The position numbers and the translations under genes are program-made. Under the pieces are notes generated by a model. It did no database searches, was not told the DNA's origin, and saw only the letters and a list, made by a program, of their open reading frames with translations. From the sequence record PP856017.1: a DNA stretch of 64,000 nt. One strand, written 5' to 3'. Below, in pieces: positions 36,534 through 47,922 of this stretch (position 1 is its first letter; every line of letters starts with the position of its first letter).

Positions 36534-39529
36534 CCAGCGTTAAAATCGTCGAAAACGTCAAGAACGTTTCCAATGGCAAAAAGCTGCCTGTACTGGAATT
36601 CGTTCGAAATTATAAGCCCCTCGCGGCGGCGATCAGTAAGGCTACGCCTGGTACTGACCGAGTAACCCGCGACAATGCAGGCAACCGGAAGATTTCCTCG
36701 CCTGACTATGCTTCGATGATCAGCGTTCACCGCACGATCAGTCGTCGAAACAAAGATGCGAAGATGACTCTTCAGATGCTGCCAGATTTGAAGCTGGCCC
36801 TGGAGATGGTGATCTCGCTCATCATGTCCCCGAAGGACATGTTCACCGATGAAGTGGTTATTCTCTCGGACTCGTCGGAACTCTTGCCCGCATCGCTGAT
36901 GTCATCGATGTTGCAAGTGACCACCGATTACTTCAAGAAGAATCACAACCTCACCGAGTTCATGCAACACATGCTCGAAGAGACGCTCGGCCAACAAGGC
37001 GCTTTGCCTGTCGCCGTGATCCCCGAGAATGCGCTGGACGACCTCATCAACAACTACAACACGAATCTGTCGTTGGAGAAGTTCTCCACCGAATTCGACG
37101 TTGAGCGTAATATCCCCCATCCCCTGGGCATGCTTGGTGTACCAGACTATCTGACACCACGAAAAAATAATACACCCGCCGCTCGTGCTGGTCGGATGAA
37201 GTTTGGTTCCCAGGTGTCGTTCAACCTGGAATCGTTCGAGAACTATCGTCAGACGTCGATGAATTCGGCAAAGCCCACGTCGGCTACGTCTGGCATTGCC
37301 TTCTCGAAACTCTTCACCGATAAGGTCGACGAAAAAGAGAAAGAAAAGCCCTGGATATTCAACGTTCCGGAAGGCATGTCTGCTCTGCCGGGTAGCGAAG
37401 GCGATGGTAACGAAATCAACGCGGACAATCTCGTGTTCGTGACCGACAACTTCTCGGTGCTGAAGCTACCGCACTGGAAGGAACGCTCACGTGCTACGCG
37501 TGTTCATGAGGTGCTCAAGAAGCGCGGCTATAACAAGCTGCAAGCGAACCTTGAGTCCATGACCATCAAGCTCTCGCAGAAACAAAAAGAAATCATCAAG
37601 GCCGATGCCGATAAGGCTGGCCGCAAGCTTAACGACGGTGAAGTCGAAAGCCTGCTTTTCAAGAATCGTCGCTTTGCCCACACTCCTGTTGCTGCTTTGC
37701 GTACCAATGGTAACCTGAAGCGTAACTCGATTGGCGAGCCGATGATCAAGGAGTTCGATACGGCCTGTTTCATTCCCGTGTCGATCGAAGGCGACCCCAC
37801 TCGCAAGCTCGGTGGTTTCATTATGCTGGATGAGGATGGTTATCCTCTCACCACGCATAACCCGGATCCTGAAGAGATTGTTGACCTCTCCACTTACGCA
37901 GGTGGTTCGGGTAACTTCATCTCCAGCATGAACGATCGAAGCAATTCGATCATGAACGGAAAGTCGTGCGACGGCGTTCCCCAGTACATGCTCAAGAAGT
38001 TCTTCACCCGAGCATTCGCTGAAATGGTTGAGAAGGATCTGATCGACCGAGTGAAGAACGGTCAATACGACAACGGTGTTCAGCTGGCTTCGAACGAAGA
38101 CTTCTACTGGCTGATGCTGACTCGCTGTATGAAGGGTCAGCGTACTCACCTGCTGTGGCTCCCGAACGAGTTCCTGGTGTACTTCGCCATGGACTACGAC
38201 GAAATGGGTTTTGGCAAGAGCCTGCTCGACGACATCCGCAACATCACCAGCATGCGTATCATGTTGATGGTCTCGGGTATCGCGGCATCTCTGCGTAACT
38301 CCATCGGCCGCACCAAAGTGACCGTCAAGCTGGATGAAGACGATCCCGACGCAGAAAAGTCGATCGAAGACATTCAGGATGAAATCCTGAAGAGCCGGAT
38401 GAACCCGATTCCGTTCGGTATTAACAACGTTGCTGATATTTCCAAGTATCTGCAGCGTTCGTGTTATGAATTCGAGATCTCGGGTTCGAGCGCAATCCCG
38501 GACATGCAGGTTCAGTTCGAGCAATACAACTCTCAGTATCCGAAGCCCGATGAAGATCTGACGAACCAGTTGAAGGAACTGTCGATCCATCACTTCGGCC
38601 TGACCAAAGACATGATCGATGCGGCTGAAGGCGTGGACTTTGCGATTCAAGCAGCCACGAACAATCTGATGACGATGAAGCGCGTTCAGCGCTGGCAACG
38701 TAAGGTTGAACCGCAAATCTCGGAATTCGTTCGCAAGATTGCAATCAATTCCGAATCCCAAATCAACGACCTGCGTGACATCGTCAAGAACAACTTCAAG
38801 CAATTGCAAGTTGACAAGGTCAAGCGTTACTTCGATCTGCAAGACGACAAGATGTTGGAAGACTCCGAGTTCCAGCAACTCGTAACCGAACAGTGTCTGA
38901 ACGTCTTCCTGAATAACCTCGTGGTTGAATTGCCTTCGCCGGCAGCAACGACGCTGGAAGCTCAGAAGCAGCAGTTCACGGACGCCGCAGAGTTCTACAA
39001 AGATGCGCTCGACTACATCGTAAACGAATCGTTCTTCGATGCTGCCGTCCAGGGCGAAGAAATGTCCGGTCACGTGGACATGATAAAAAACATTCTCCTG
39101 TCGCATTACATGCGCGAATACATGGCGAAGAACGCTATCCTGCCCGAACTCTCCGATCTCACCACGATTGGTGAAGATGGCAAGATTGCAGTCAACGTCA
39201 TGGACAGCCTGGAGCAGCACATCAAGGCGCTCGGCATGTCGACTGGAAACTTCTTCAAACGCTTCAAACAGTTCGCTACGCTTCAGACAGCTCTCATGCA
39301 AGATGTTGCAGACAGCACGACGTCTGGAGAAACCGACACTGGTGGCGGTGGTGGCGGAAGCGACTGGGATAGCGGTGGTGGTGATACGGGTTCCACTGAC
39401 GACCTCCCTGGTCTCGACGACATCCCGACGGATGACGAAGAAACCACCGATGAATCTTCGACGGATGATTCCGGTTCTAGCGATACCAACGCTAACCCGG
39501 ATGAGAACGATAACGAAGAAGAAACGTAA
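36527..39529 (+). CDS. portal protein (phiKZ gp129-like)
   Basis: 1000 aa; LPDLKLALEMVISLIMSPKD, G.F..LDE.G.P, G.GKSLLD, K.T..LD.DDPD..K.IE; acidic tail; recalled similarity. Confidence 0.7.
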   Translation: MSSSVKIVENVKNVSNGKKLPVLEFVRNYKPLAAAISKATPGTDRVTRDNAGNRKISSPDYASMISVHRTISRRNKDAKMTLQMLPDLKLALEMVISLIMSPKDMFTDEVVILSDSSELLPASLMSSMLQVTTDYFKKNHNLTEFMQHMLEETLGQQGALPVAVIPENALDDLINNYNTNLSLEKFSTEFDVERNIPHPLGMLGVPDYLTPRKNNTPAARAGRMKFGSQVSFNLESFENYRQTSMNSAKPTSATSGIAFSKLFTDKVDEKEKEKPWIFNVPEGMSALPGSEGDGNEINADNLVFVTDNFSVLKLPHWKERSRATRVHEVLKKRGYNKLQANLESMTIKLSQKQKEIIKADADKAGRKLNDGEVESLLFKNRRFAHTPVAALRTNGNLKRNSIGEPMIKEFDTACFIPVSIEGDPTRKLGGFIMLDEDGYPLTTHNPDPEEIVDLSTYAGGSGNFISSMNDRSNSIMNGKSCDGVPQYMLKKFFTRAFAEMVEKDLIDRVKNGQYDNGVQLASNEDFYWLMLTRCMKGQRTHLLWLPNEFLVYFAMDYDEMGFGKSLLDDIRNITSMRIMLMVSGIAASLRNSIGRTKVTVKLDEDDPDAEKSIEDIQDEILKSRMNPIPFGINNVADISKYLQRSCYEFEISGSSAIPDMQVQFEQYNSQYPKPDEDLTNQLKELSIHHFGLTKDMIDAAEGVDFAIQAATNNLMTMKRVQRWQRKVEPQISEFVRKIAINSESQINDLRDIVKNNFKQLQVDKVKRYFDLQDDKMLEDSEFQQLVTEQCLNVFLNNLVVELPSPAATTLEAQKQQFTDAAEFYKDALDYIVNESFFDAAVQGEEMSGHVDMIKNILLSHYMREYMAKNAILPELSDLTTIGEDGKIAVNVMDSLEQHIKALGMSTGNFFKRFKQFATLQTALMQDVADSTTSGETDTGGGGGGSDWDSGGGDTGSTDDLPGLDDIPTDDEETTDESSTDDSGSSDTNANPDENDNEEET

Positions 39530-39542
39530 ACGAGAGCAGATT

Positions 39543-39572
39543 CCACTGAGGGCTTCGGCCCTCAGTGGTTTT
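39543..39572 (+). terminator. intrinsic terminator after portal
   Basis: CCACTGAGGGC-TTCG-GCCCTCAGTGG-TTTT. Confidence 0.85.
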
Positions 39573-39617
39573 ATGCCGAAATCTTGTGACTACAGGTAAT
39601 TAATGCAGGGATAAAAT

Positions 39618-40460
39618 ATGTTAGAAGTTGGTCTTTTGTTGAAGAAAAAGATCACCAATGCTCGCGGGAGTCAGCAATGGCCGACTCCAGGCACATACAG
39701 CTTCGTAGTTCCTGCTGGCGTTTACGTACTCAATGGCGTTGGCATTGGTGCGGGTGGCGGCGGCTGGATTAACACCATTGGAGGAACTAGTACTTGGGGT
39801 TCCTCTGGCGGTGGCGGCGGGCTTGGTTGGCAAAACGGAATCCCAGTGACCCCTGGCGAAACATTGACAGTGGTCATTGGTGCAGTAGGTACTTCTGCAT
39901 CAGGTACAAACATCGGAACTAAAGGTGGCGATACTTACATCGCCCGAGGATCCACAAAGCTCTTCGCTGGCTATGGCGGCAATGCTGGCGGTGCGACTGG
40001 ATCCGATCAAACAACTGCCGGTAAGGGCGGTGGCTATCTGGGTCAAGGCGGTGGTAACGGTGGTAACGGCGTTGCTTACGACTATGCAGCAGGCGGTGGT
40101 GGTGGTGCTGGTGGTTACAGTGGTAACGGCGGCATTGGCACTGACATTAATGCATCTGCAGCAGCACCCACGGGTGGTGGTGGTTCAGGTGGTCGAGGTA
40201 CGACGAGCTATACGGCAAACGGAGTCGGTGGCCGAGGAGGTGGTACGGGTCTATGGGGCCAGGGAACGTCAGGCGGATCCCAATCTACTGCCAATGGCAA
40301 CGGTCTACCTGGATCGCAGTCTGCAAACAGTGGTGAGTTTGGTGGCGGTTCTTCGTCATCGCGTGGCGTCAGCCCGAATACACCTGGCCTGAATGGCGGC
40401 TTGCGTGTGGTATGGGGTGCAGGTCGAGCTTATCCTTCAACCGATGTTGGTGCAGATTGA
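39618..40460 (+). CDS. glycine-rich fibre/adhesin-like protein with LLKKK tag
   Basis: MLEVGLLLKKK; TPGTYSFVVPAGV..GAGGGG..GGGGGG..IPVTPGETLTVVIG; ends GGLRVVWG. Confidence 0.75.
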   Translation: MLEVGLLLKKKITNARGSQQWPTPGTYSFVVPAGVYVLNGVGIGAGGGGWINTIGGTSTWGSSGGGGGLGWQNGIPVTPGETLTVVIGAVGTSASGTNIGTKGGDTYIARGSTKLFAGYGGNAGGATGSDQTTAGKGGGYLGQGGGNGGNGVAYDYAAGGGGGAGGYSGNGGIGTDINASAAAPTGGGGSGGRGTTSYTANGVGGRGGGTGLWGQGTSGGSQSTANGNGLPGSQSANSGEFGGGSSSSRGVSPNTPGLNGGLRVVWGAGRAYPSTDVGAD

Positions 40461-40464
40461 TAGA

Positions 40465-40504
40465 CATAGTCCATGGAGAGGCTCGCGCCTCTCCATGGAC
40501 TATG
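40465..40504. terminator. bidirectional hairpin, 18-bp stem
   Basis: CATAGTCCATGGAGAGGC-TCGC-GCCTCTCCATGGACTATG between convergent genes. Confidence 0.75.
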
Positions 40505-41177
40505 ATGTTACTTTTGAAATCTTGAGAGATCTCAGATAACCAGAGAACCAGTAACCTGGGGTCCCGTTATCCGATGCAGCACCAATCCAGAAGTAAGAAT
40601 CACCCCCGGTATTGAAATTGGCAAAATTCGTGCTTATTCCTCTAGTGACATCAGACATCAATGTGCCGGAAGCTGAACGTTTGATGCTATATTTGTTCAT
40701 GGTAAGCGGATTCGCGGCCGACAACTGATTTCTCTGATACGATCCAGAACTGGTAACCTGAAAATACTGAAAGAATGTACTGGAGAACTGATTAAAAGAA
40801 CAGTTTGAGCCGGCTTTAATTTTGCTACTGGGAGGATAATCACCAGTTTCGAACAGACACATAAAGTTCGTGTTATCTGTTATCATCTCAAACTCGATCA
40901 AGTAATAACCGAGTGTATTGAAGTTGAACGCACTTAAAGCACCTGTACCGACGAAACTGGTTCCGCCAGTAAATCGGTAGCAATGTCCGTAGGTTGGATG
41001 ATCGACAAAGCCGTCTGGGATTGTCGGATTACCAACACGAGTAAATGTGACGCCACTTACCAGATCTTTGAGTACCTGAGAACCAGCAGCTGGACTCATG
41101 TCCAGCTGGAACAATGCATTCGGATCAACCGGGTCAGGACCCGGTATCTTCTTTTTCAAAAGCAATGCATCAAGCAT
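40500..41177 (-). CDS. LamG-like beta-sandwich protein with LLKKK tag
   Basis: MLDALLLKKK; YRFTGG, YLIEFEM, FWIGA...FSGYLRSLKISK. Confidence 0.6.
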   Translation of the reverse strand: MLDALLLKKKIPGPDPVDPNALFQLDMSPAAGSQVLKDLVSGVTFTRVGNPTIPDGFVDHPTYGHCYRFTGGTSFVGTGALSAFNFNTLGYYLIEFEMITDNTNFMCLFETGDYPPSSKIKAGSNCSFNQFSSTFFQYFQVTSSGSYQRNQLSAANPLTMNKYSIKRSASGTLMSDVTRGISTNFANFNTGGDSYFWIGAASDNGTPGYWFSGYLRSLKISKVTS

Positions 41178-41201
41178 GGTGAAACCCTATAGATTCTGAA
41201 A

Positions 41202-41600
41202 TCATAAAATCTGTAAGGCATGCTTCAAAATCTGGATATCTTTTTCATCTTTCTTACGGTTCAATGGCAACTTCAGTTCGAGCAGACTCTTAACCGATTG
41301 AATAGGATAGCCATTGATGATGCGATCGCATTCATGCTTGGTGTCGCGTGCATCGATCACGCCACCCACGACCCACATGACGTTCGGCTTATCCTTAACC
41401 GGAATCTTGTAATAAACTCGGGTCACTAACATCTGAGAGCAAACATCGGTCGGAACATACAGGTCGATGTCGGCGGTTTCTTCTCGCAGTCCACGTAACA
41501 CCATAGCTGAACCACCCAATACTTGGATCTGGTTACGTTCCAGTTTCATGTGCCATGTGAACTCACTCAGTTTATCCAATACCTGTGTTCTATTCAGCAT
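41202..41600 (-). CDS. minimal nucleotidyltransferase (Pol beta superfamily)
   Basis: ATG 41600 (MLNRTQ); VLGGSAMVLRGLREETADIDL; LLELKLPLNRKKDEKDI. Confidence 0.75.
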   Translation of the reverse strand: MLNRTQVLDKLSEFTWHMKLERNQIQVLGGSAMVLRGLREETADIDLYVPTDVCSQMLVTRVYYKIPVKDKPNVMWVVGGVIDARDTKHECDRIINGYPIQSVKSLLELKLPLNRKKDEKDIQILKHALQIL

Positions 41601-41634
41601 TTCGTTTCCCGAAAGCAAAAAAAATAAGAGGAGA

Positions 41635-41658
41635 CAGAGTGGGCGTGAGCCCACTCTG
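41635..41658 (-). terminator. terminator after ligase
   Basis: CAGAGTGGGC-GTGA-GCCCACTCTG with an A-run to its left (T-run on the minus strand). Confidence 0.7.
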
Positions 41659-41661
41659 CTA

Positions 41662-43728
<2,067 letters not shown>

Positions 43729-43747
43729 TCAGGTGTAGGGTCATATC

Positions 43748-43761
43748 GATGATATATTTCC
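43748..43761 (-). promoter_or_regulatory. candidate early promoter GGAAATATATCATC
   Basis: identical 14-mer at 50500-50513 and 11-mer core at 63291-63301, each in an intergenic gap upstream of a minus-strand gene. Confidence 0.55.
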
Positions 43762-43794
43762 CTGAAAAATTATAAAGAGAACATAAGCACAGTG

Positions 43795-43824
43795 AATACA
43801 GCTAGGCTTCGGCCTAGCTGTATT
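43795..43824. terminator. hairpin
   Basis: AATACAGCTAGGC-TTCG-GCCTAGCTGTATT. Confidence 0.7.
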
Positions 43825-43877
43825 GGGTCTGCTTACTTAGTACGTCAGCTGCTTGACGTTTCGAACATTGCGGCCCC

Positions 43878-44444
43878 TTAGATGGAGACCAGCAGACTGC
43901 CCGTCAAACCGTCGACGCCCATGCCGGCATCCGCCGCTTGCTGCTGTTCGCCGTTTTCTTCTTGCGACTTCTGGTAGGCCAGGAACGATGCCTGCTCGAA
44001 GATGTTCGTCGTCGGATACAGGGCCGGCGCGTACTGGGCGTAGTCGCGAACGATCGACACGGCGAAGACTTCTTCGACCTTCGTCTGCTGCAGATCCTTG
44101 TTGACGTCGCAGATCGTCGAAATAGCCAGTGCCACCTGATCACGGATGTTCTTCAGGTTGTCGAACATCGCCGGGATCGAGTGCGACGAGATCAGCACCG
44201 TGGCGGCCATGATGCAGTCTGACAGGCGCTTGATTTCGAAGTCCAGATCCTGGAGCTTTTGCACCTGAGCCTGCATTTCCTGCTGGTTCGGTTGCACGAT
44301 AACGCTCGACTGCATCTTCGCGAACTTCACGAGTTCTTCAGCGCGACGATTGATGTAATCGCGCATGCGGCCCTGGTACGTCAGGCGTGCCATTTCGAGG
44401 TTCTTGACATTTTCTTCGGTCAGCATCGACTTAAGTTCGTTCAT
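43878..44444 (-). CDS. hypothetical coiled-coil protein
   Basis: 188 aa, strong core codon bias. Confidence 0.6.
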   Translation of the reverse strand: MNELKSMLTEENVKNLEMARLTYQGRMRDYINRRAEELVKFAKMQSSVIVQPNQQEMQAQVQKLQDLDFEIKRLSDCIMAATVLISSHSIPAMFDNLKNIRDQVALAISTICDVNKDLQQTKVEEVFAVSIVRDYAQYAPALYPTTNIFEQASFLAYQKSQEENGEQQQAADAGMGVDGLTGSLLVSI

Positions 44445-44700
44445 TTTGAAGTTCCAGTTGCTTATAGCGTTTGATAAGTTTTCGAGAAAACCGTCCCATC
44501 ACAGCAGTCCAATGCTCTTCAGGTACGATTTCAAACATGTACTGCACGGCATAACGGTACTGAGTCAGCGCCGCAGGCCGTGTCATTGCTTCATGAAACG
44601 GAAAGCGGCGCAGGACTACTTCTTCGTGACTGCCGTTATGCAACTGCGTCATCGTGACGTCGTGATCGGCAATCCCGTGAATAAGCCCTCGCGCCATCAT
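44431..44700 (-). CDS. hypothetical protein
   Basis: 89 aa, GGAGG RBS, in a tight minus-strand run. Confidence 0.5.
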   Translation of the reverse strand: MMARGLIHGIADHDVTMTQLHNGSHEEVVLRRFPFHEAMTRPAALTQYRYAVQYMFEIVPEEHWTAVMGRFSRKLIKRYKQLELQNERT

Positions 44701-44705
44701 GCCTC

Positions 44706-45434
44706 CTAGTGCAGAACCTTCGTCGGTTCACCTTCTTCAGCGGGCTTCGGAATCAGATCGTTCTTCTTCTGCAGACGGTCGTTGTTAAACGGCAGATCTT
44801 GCAAGAGGAATTCGATCAGGTTATCGCGAATGCGATGGACCAGTACCGAATGCGTGAAATTGCGACGCGTGATTTCGTCGGCGAAACCACTTGCTTGTTC
44901 GGCGATGAACTTTTCCAGATCAGCCGGTGAGCGCGCTTGCAGTTTCTTGCCCGGAATGACGAACGCGATCTGGTCGTACGCTTCGCTCGTGTACCGTTCG
45001 ACGTACGGAAACAGATTGAAGTAGATCATGTCGCGAGTCCAGAGATCCAGACTCTCGGGCATCATGGTTTCGAACTTCTCCATGTACTGCGAGCAGTTCA
45101 GGATGATCAGCGAACGGATCCGACGCAGTTCCGAGTTGATCATCTTGTCCGTTGGATACTTCGGGTCGGTCGTTTCACCGTCTTCAGTCAGGTAAGCCTG
45201 CTTCAGATAGTTCTGAAAAGCCGACTCGGCATGTTGCGCCATGCCGCCAGCCGAACGTTCGCCGAAAGCCAACAGCGTTGCCGTATGGCGCGGCCCGCCT
45301 GCACGGTTCTGGAGATAGTTCTTCTTCTCCCACCAGAAACGGGTCCGCAGCTGTTCCAGACTGAATACTGCTTTTTCTTCCAGCGTCCCGTTTGCCGGGT
45401 ACTGGTCTTCGTTGTCAAAGTCGTTAAAGAACAT
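44706..45434 (-). CDS. hypothetical protein
   Basis: 242 aa, AGGAAGG upstream; GTG start. Confidence 0.55.
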   Translation of the reverse strand: MFFNDFDNEDQYPANGTLEEKAVFSLEQLRTRFWWEKKNYLQNRAGGPRHTATLLAFGERSAGGMAQHAESAFQNYLKQAYLTEDGETTDPKYPTDKMINSELRRIRSLIILNCSQYMEKFETMMPESLDLWTRDMIYFNLFPYVERYTSEAYDQIAFVIPGKKLQARSPADLEKFIAEQASGFADEITRRNFTHSVLVHRIRDNLIEFLLQDLPFNNDRLQKKNDLIPKPAEEGEPTKVLH

Positions 45435-45442
45435 CTGCCTTC

Positions 45443-45910
45443 CTAGATGTAGTTTTCAAAAGGGAACTCGTGGATCTCGTGCGACTCAACCTTAACGGCC
45501 TTGTCCTTGATAAAAGCGACCTGGCCATCAGGCAGGACCACGTGTTCTTCGGAATCATAGATCGCGATATGGAAACCATACTCGCGAAGCATGACGAGAC
45601 TGTTTACCGCACTCCACAGCTTCAGACAATCCTCGAAGGCGTAGATATGCGGAGAACCAGTGCGAAGCTGAGGAGCATTGAAGTCCGTCGGCTCTGCCAA
45701 ACAAACCATGGCATCAGATGCAAACCGCCCAAGTCCAGCATCGTGCGTGAATGGTCCTCTACCGCTTTCCGGATGTTCTATCCGGAATACGCGCCGGGTT
45801 GCGTACTCGGTTTCAATTCGGGCAGGCTGGGGGGTTGCGCAGGCAACGGTTCTGCTGTATGTTCCGCGAACTCTTCCTGCTGCTCGACGCGCAGCGCGGT
45901 TTTGATCCAT
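45443..45910 (-). CDS. hypothetical protein
   Basis: VFRIEHPESGRGPF block; 5' end overlaps the next ORF, start uncertain. Confidence 0.5.
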   Translation of the reverse strand: MDQNRAARRAAGRVRGTYSRTVACATPQPARIETEYATRRVFRIEHPESGRGPFTHDAGLGRFASDAMVCLAEPTDFNAPQLRTGSPHIYAFEDCLKLWSAVNSLVMLREYGFHIAIYDSEEHVVLPDGQVAFIKDKAVKVESHEIHEFPFENYI

Positions 45911-46308
45911 GTATGGTTATCCTCGCCCACGATAAAGACTTGTCCGGGCTGTCTGAAGTGGATAGTTGAGTCTTCGATGTCGACCGAGATATCCGTTTGA
46001 AGCAGTTGGAAATTCACCCCGTATTCACCCACGATCAGCGGCGACAGCTGATTGAGGATGTGCACTTCATTCGGTTCCCGCATGAAGGACTGGGCGATGC
46101 TATACGCGTTCTGCACCATCACCTGGTAGCGACTCTGGATGACGAACAACACTTCATCCTTATCTTCCGTGCGATGGTACCGAGCGACGTAGTCGTACAG
46201 CTTTCTCAAAAATTCGTTTTCGTCCGAATAAAGCCCGAACGGCAGTCCCGTCAATTCCCGTTGGAGAGGACTGAGGTCTCGGATATGGATATACCGAGTT
46301 TGATTCAT
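45778..46308 (-). CDS. hypothetical protein
   Basis: GGAG RBS before ATG 46308 (MNQTRYIH). Confidence 0.5.
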   Translation of the reverse strand: MNQTRYIHIRDLSPLQRELTGLPFGLYSDENEFLRKLYDYVARYHRTEDKDEVLFVIQSRYQVMVQNAYSIAQSFMREPNEVHILNQLSPLIVGEYGVNFQLLQTDISVDIEDSTIHFRQPGQVFIVGEDNHTWIKTALRVEQQEEFAEHTAEPLPAQPPSLPELKPSTQPGAYSG

Positions 46309-46337
46309 GGCATTCGCTCCTGAGTAAGACCACACCA

Positions 46338-46544
46338 TCAGGTACGAATCTCGGTGTCAAGAAGGATGAGGTCGGCCAGATGGTTGAGTTCGACCAACGT
46401 GATCTTCTCGTTCCGGTCCCGACGCTTGATGGAGTCGAGACACAGATTCTTGCCCCCGGCTTTAATCTTTGCCGCATCCACAGCTTGCTGGACTGTGTGG
46501 TTTTTGGTCAGCTGCTCTTGGATGGTCCAGATCAATGTTGCCAT
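46338..46544 (-). CDS. small hypothetical protein
   Basis: 68 aa, AGGAG RBS. Confidence 0.55.
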   Translation of the reverse strand: MATLIWTIQEQLTKNHTVQQAVDAAKIKAGGKNLCLDSIKRRDRNEKITLVELNHLADLILLDTEIRT

Positions 46545-46628
46545 TGTATAAACTCCTGTTTTGATCAGATACCGAGGCGACGGCCAGCCTCCTCAGTATC
46601 TTAGCGACTGTTTTAAAATTACAGCTTC

Positions 46629-47891
46629 TTACTTCTTGGGTGCGTGTTTCAATGCACCTTTGATCAAGCCTTCCACCAACGGCGGAAGCTTTTGCTTCTC
46701 AGGCAACTGGCTTTCTTTAGCTGCGGCAGCTGCTTGCGCTTGTTTGCCGAGCTCATCGATCACCTTGTAAGAGAAGTAGCCCAGGTGGAACCAGATCGCC
46801 AAAGCGTCCCAGGCTGCGTTGTGTTGAACTGCGTCTTTCAACTTCGTCGGATAAGCGTCGACGTAGTCGATCTTGAAAGTGACTTCACGCATCTGCCCGA
46901 TACGCGCCCCCTCCCCCAAGTGCAGAAGTTCAGAGATGTACGCCACATCCGTGGGGAAATCCACATGGATGATGACGTTGTCCGTGAGCAGATCGCCGCG
47001 ATTCTGCTCGATGTACAGCACCTGCATGAGCCATTCGCGGAACGTGGTCTTCTTCGCGTTCAGGTCTGTGACGAACGCACCCGGAGGCGAGTCGAGAAGA
47101 ATCGGAACGACGTTATCCTTCACCCACTCGTTGAGTACTACCCGACCAGCTGCTGCCGAATCGAATGCGTAATGAATACGCCCCCACTTGTTGACCAGGC
47201 CGACTGACAGAAGCGTTTTGGTGGTGTCATCGAATTCACAATCGGCGAAGAGCTCGATGGGTTGATTCCACTGACGCGTTTTGTGGAAGATCTGACCGTC
47301 GCTGTCCAGGTAAGCCCAGGCAATGACGTTCTTGAAATCCACGGGGATGAAAAGCGCCTGTTGAATGACGCCATTCGCGCCATACTTGACAGGAGCGTCT
47401 GCAGTGAACTCGAAACCGCTATCACGGCAGAGTTCCATGAAGACGATTTCCTTGTTCGGCAGATCGGTTCCTTCGACCTTGCCGAAATGGTGCTCACACA
47501 GGAAACCTTCCGTGTAACCCATGCGACCCTGGATCTGCACCACGATCGGCGTATGCAGAGGCGGCCATTCGTCAAGCATGACTTCCTTAGCATACGCCGT
47601 CGTTTTGATCACAGCCCATTCACGTTGCAGCTGTTCGATCTCGAACTTGGTGTTCGGAACCTTACCCGGAACGTACATGCCGTACGTGATGCCCTGAGGA
47701 GCATTCTTCGGGAATACGAGCGGTTCCTTGACGTCGAGCTTCGGGATTGGCTGACCGGGAATCTCTTCACCGCTCAGATCCTTGCGCGGAACGAAACGCA
47801 AAACCGCTTCAGGATTGCGCGCGGTCTTCAGTTGTTTTTCTGCGAACTTGGCGTCTTTAATCATTGTAAAAAGGATCCTGGTTAAGGACAT
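46629..47891 (-). CDS. two-domain protein with C-terminal DEDDh 3'-5' exo(ribo)nuclease (Rv2179c-like)
   Basis: LFADCEF..LLSVGLV..D.PTD..HNAAWDA. Confidence 0.7.
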   Translation of the reverse strand: MSLTRILFTMIKDAKFAEKQLKTARNPEAVLRFVPRKDLSGEEIPGQPIPKLDVKEPLVFPKNAPQGITYGMYVPGKVPNTKFEIEQLQREWAVIKTTAYAKEVMLDEWPPLHTPIVVQIQGRMGYTEGFLCEHHFGKVEGTDLPNKEIVFMELCRDSGFEFTADAPVKYGANGVIQQALFIPVDFKNVIAWAYLDSDGQIFHKTRQWNQPIELFADCEFDDTTKTLLSVGLVNKWGRIHYAFDSAAAGRVVLNEWVKDNVVPILLDSPPGAFVTDLNAKKTTFREWLMQVLYIEQNRGDLLTDNVIIHVDFPTDVAYISELLHLGEGARIGQMREVTFKIDYVDAYPTKLKDAVQHNAAWDALAIWFHLGYFSYKVIDELGKQAQAAAAAKESQLPEKQKLPPLVEGLIKGALKHAPKK

Positions 47892-47915
47892 AGGTGGGTT
47901 TCCCCACCTATGTCC
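47886..47915. terminator. hairpin
   Basis: GGACATAGGTGGG-TTTC-CCCACCTATGTCC. Confidence 0.65.
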
Positions 47916-47922
47916 GGTTACG

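Noticed and set aside
37487-39301. 604-aa antisense ORF within the portal
   Set aside because: Codon-bias shadow; no independent features
39283-39546. Ser-rich antisense ORFs over the portal tail and the 30739-31015 linker
   Set aside because: Reverse or alternate frames of acidic low-complexity linkers
684-41177. Diversity-generating retroelement acting on the lectin genes
   Set aside because: No reverse transcriptase and no template/variable repeat pair seen; paralogues are divergent throughout
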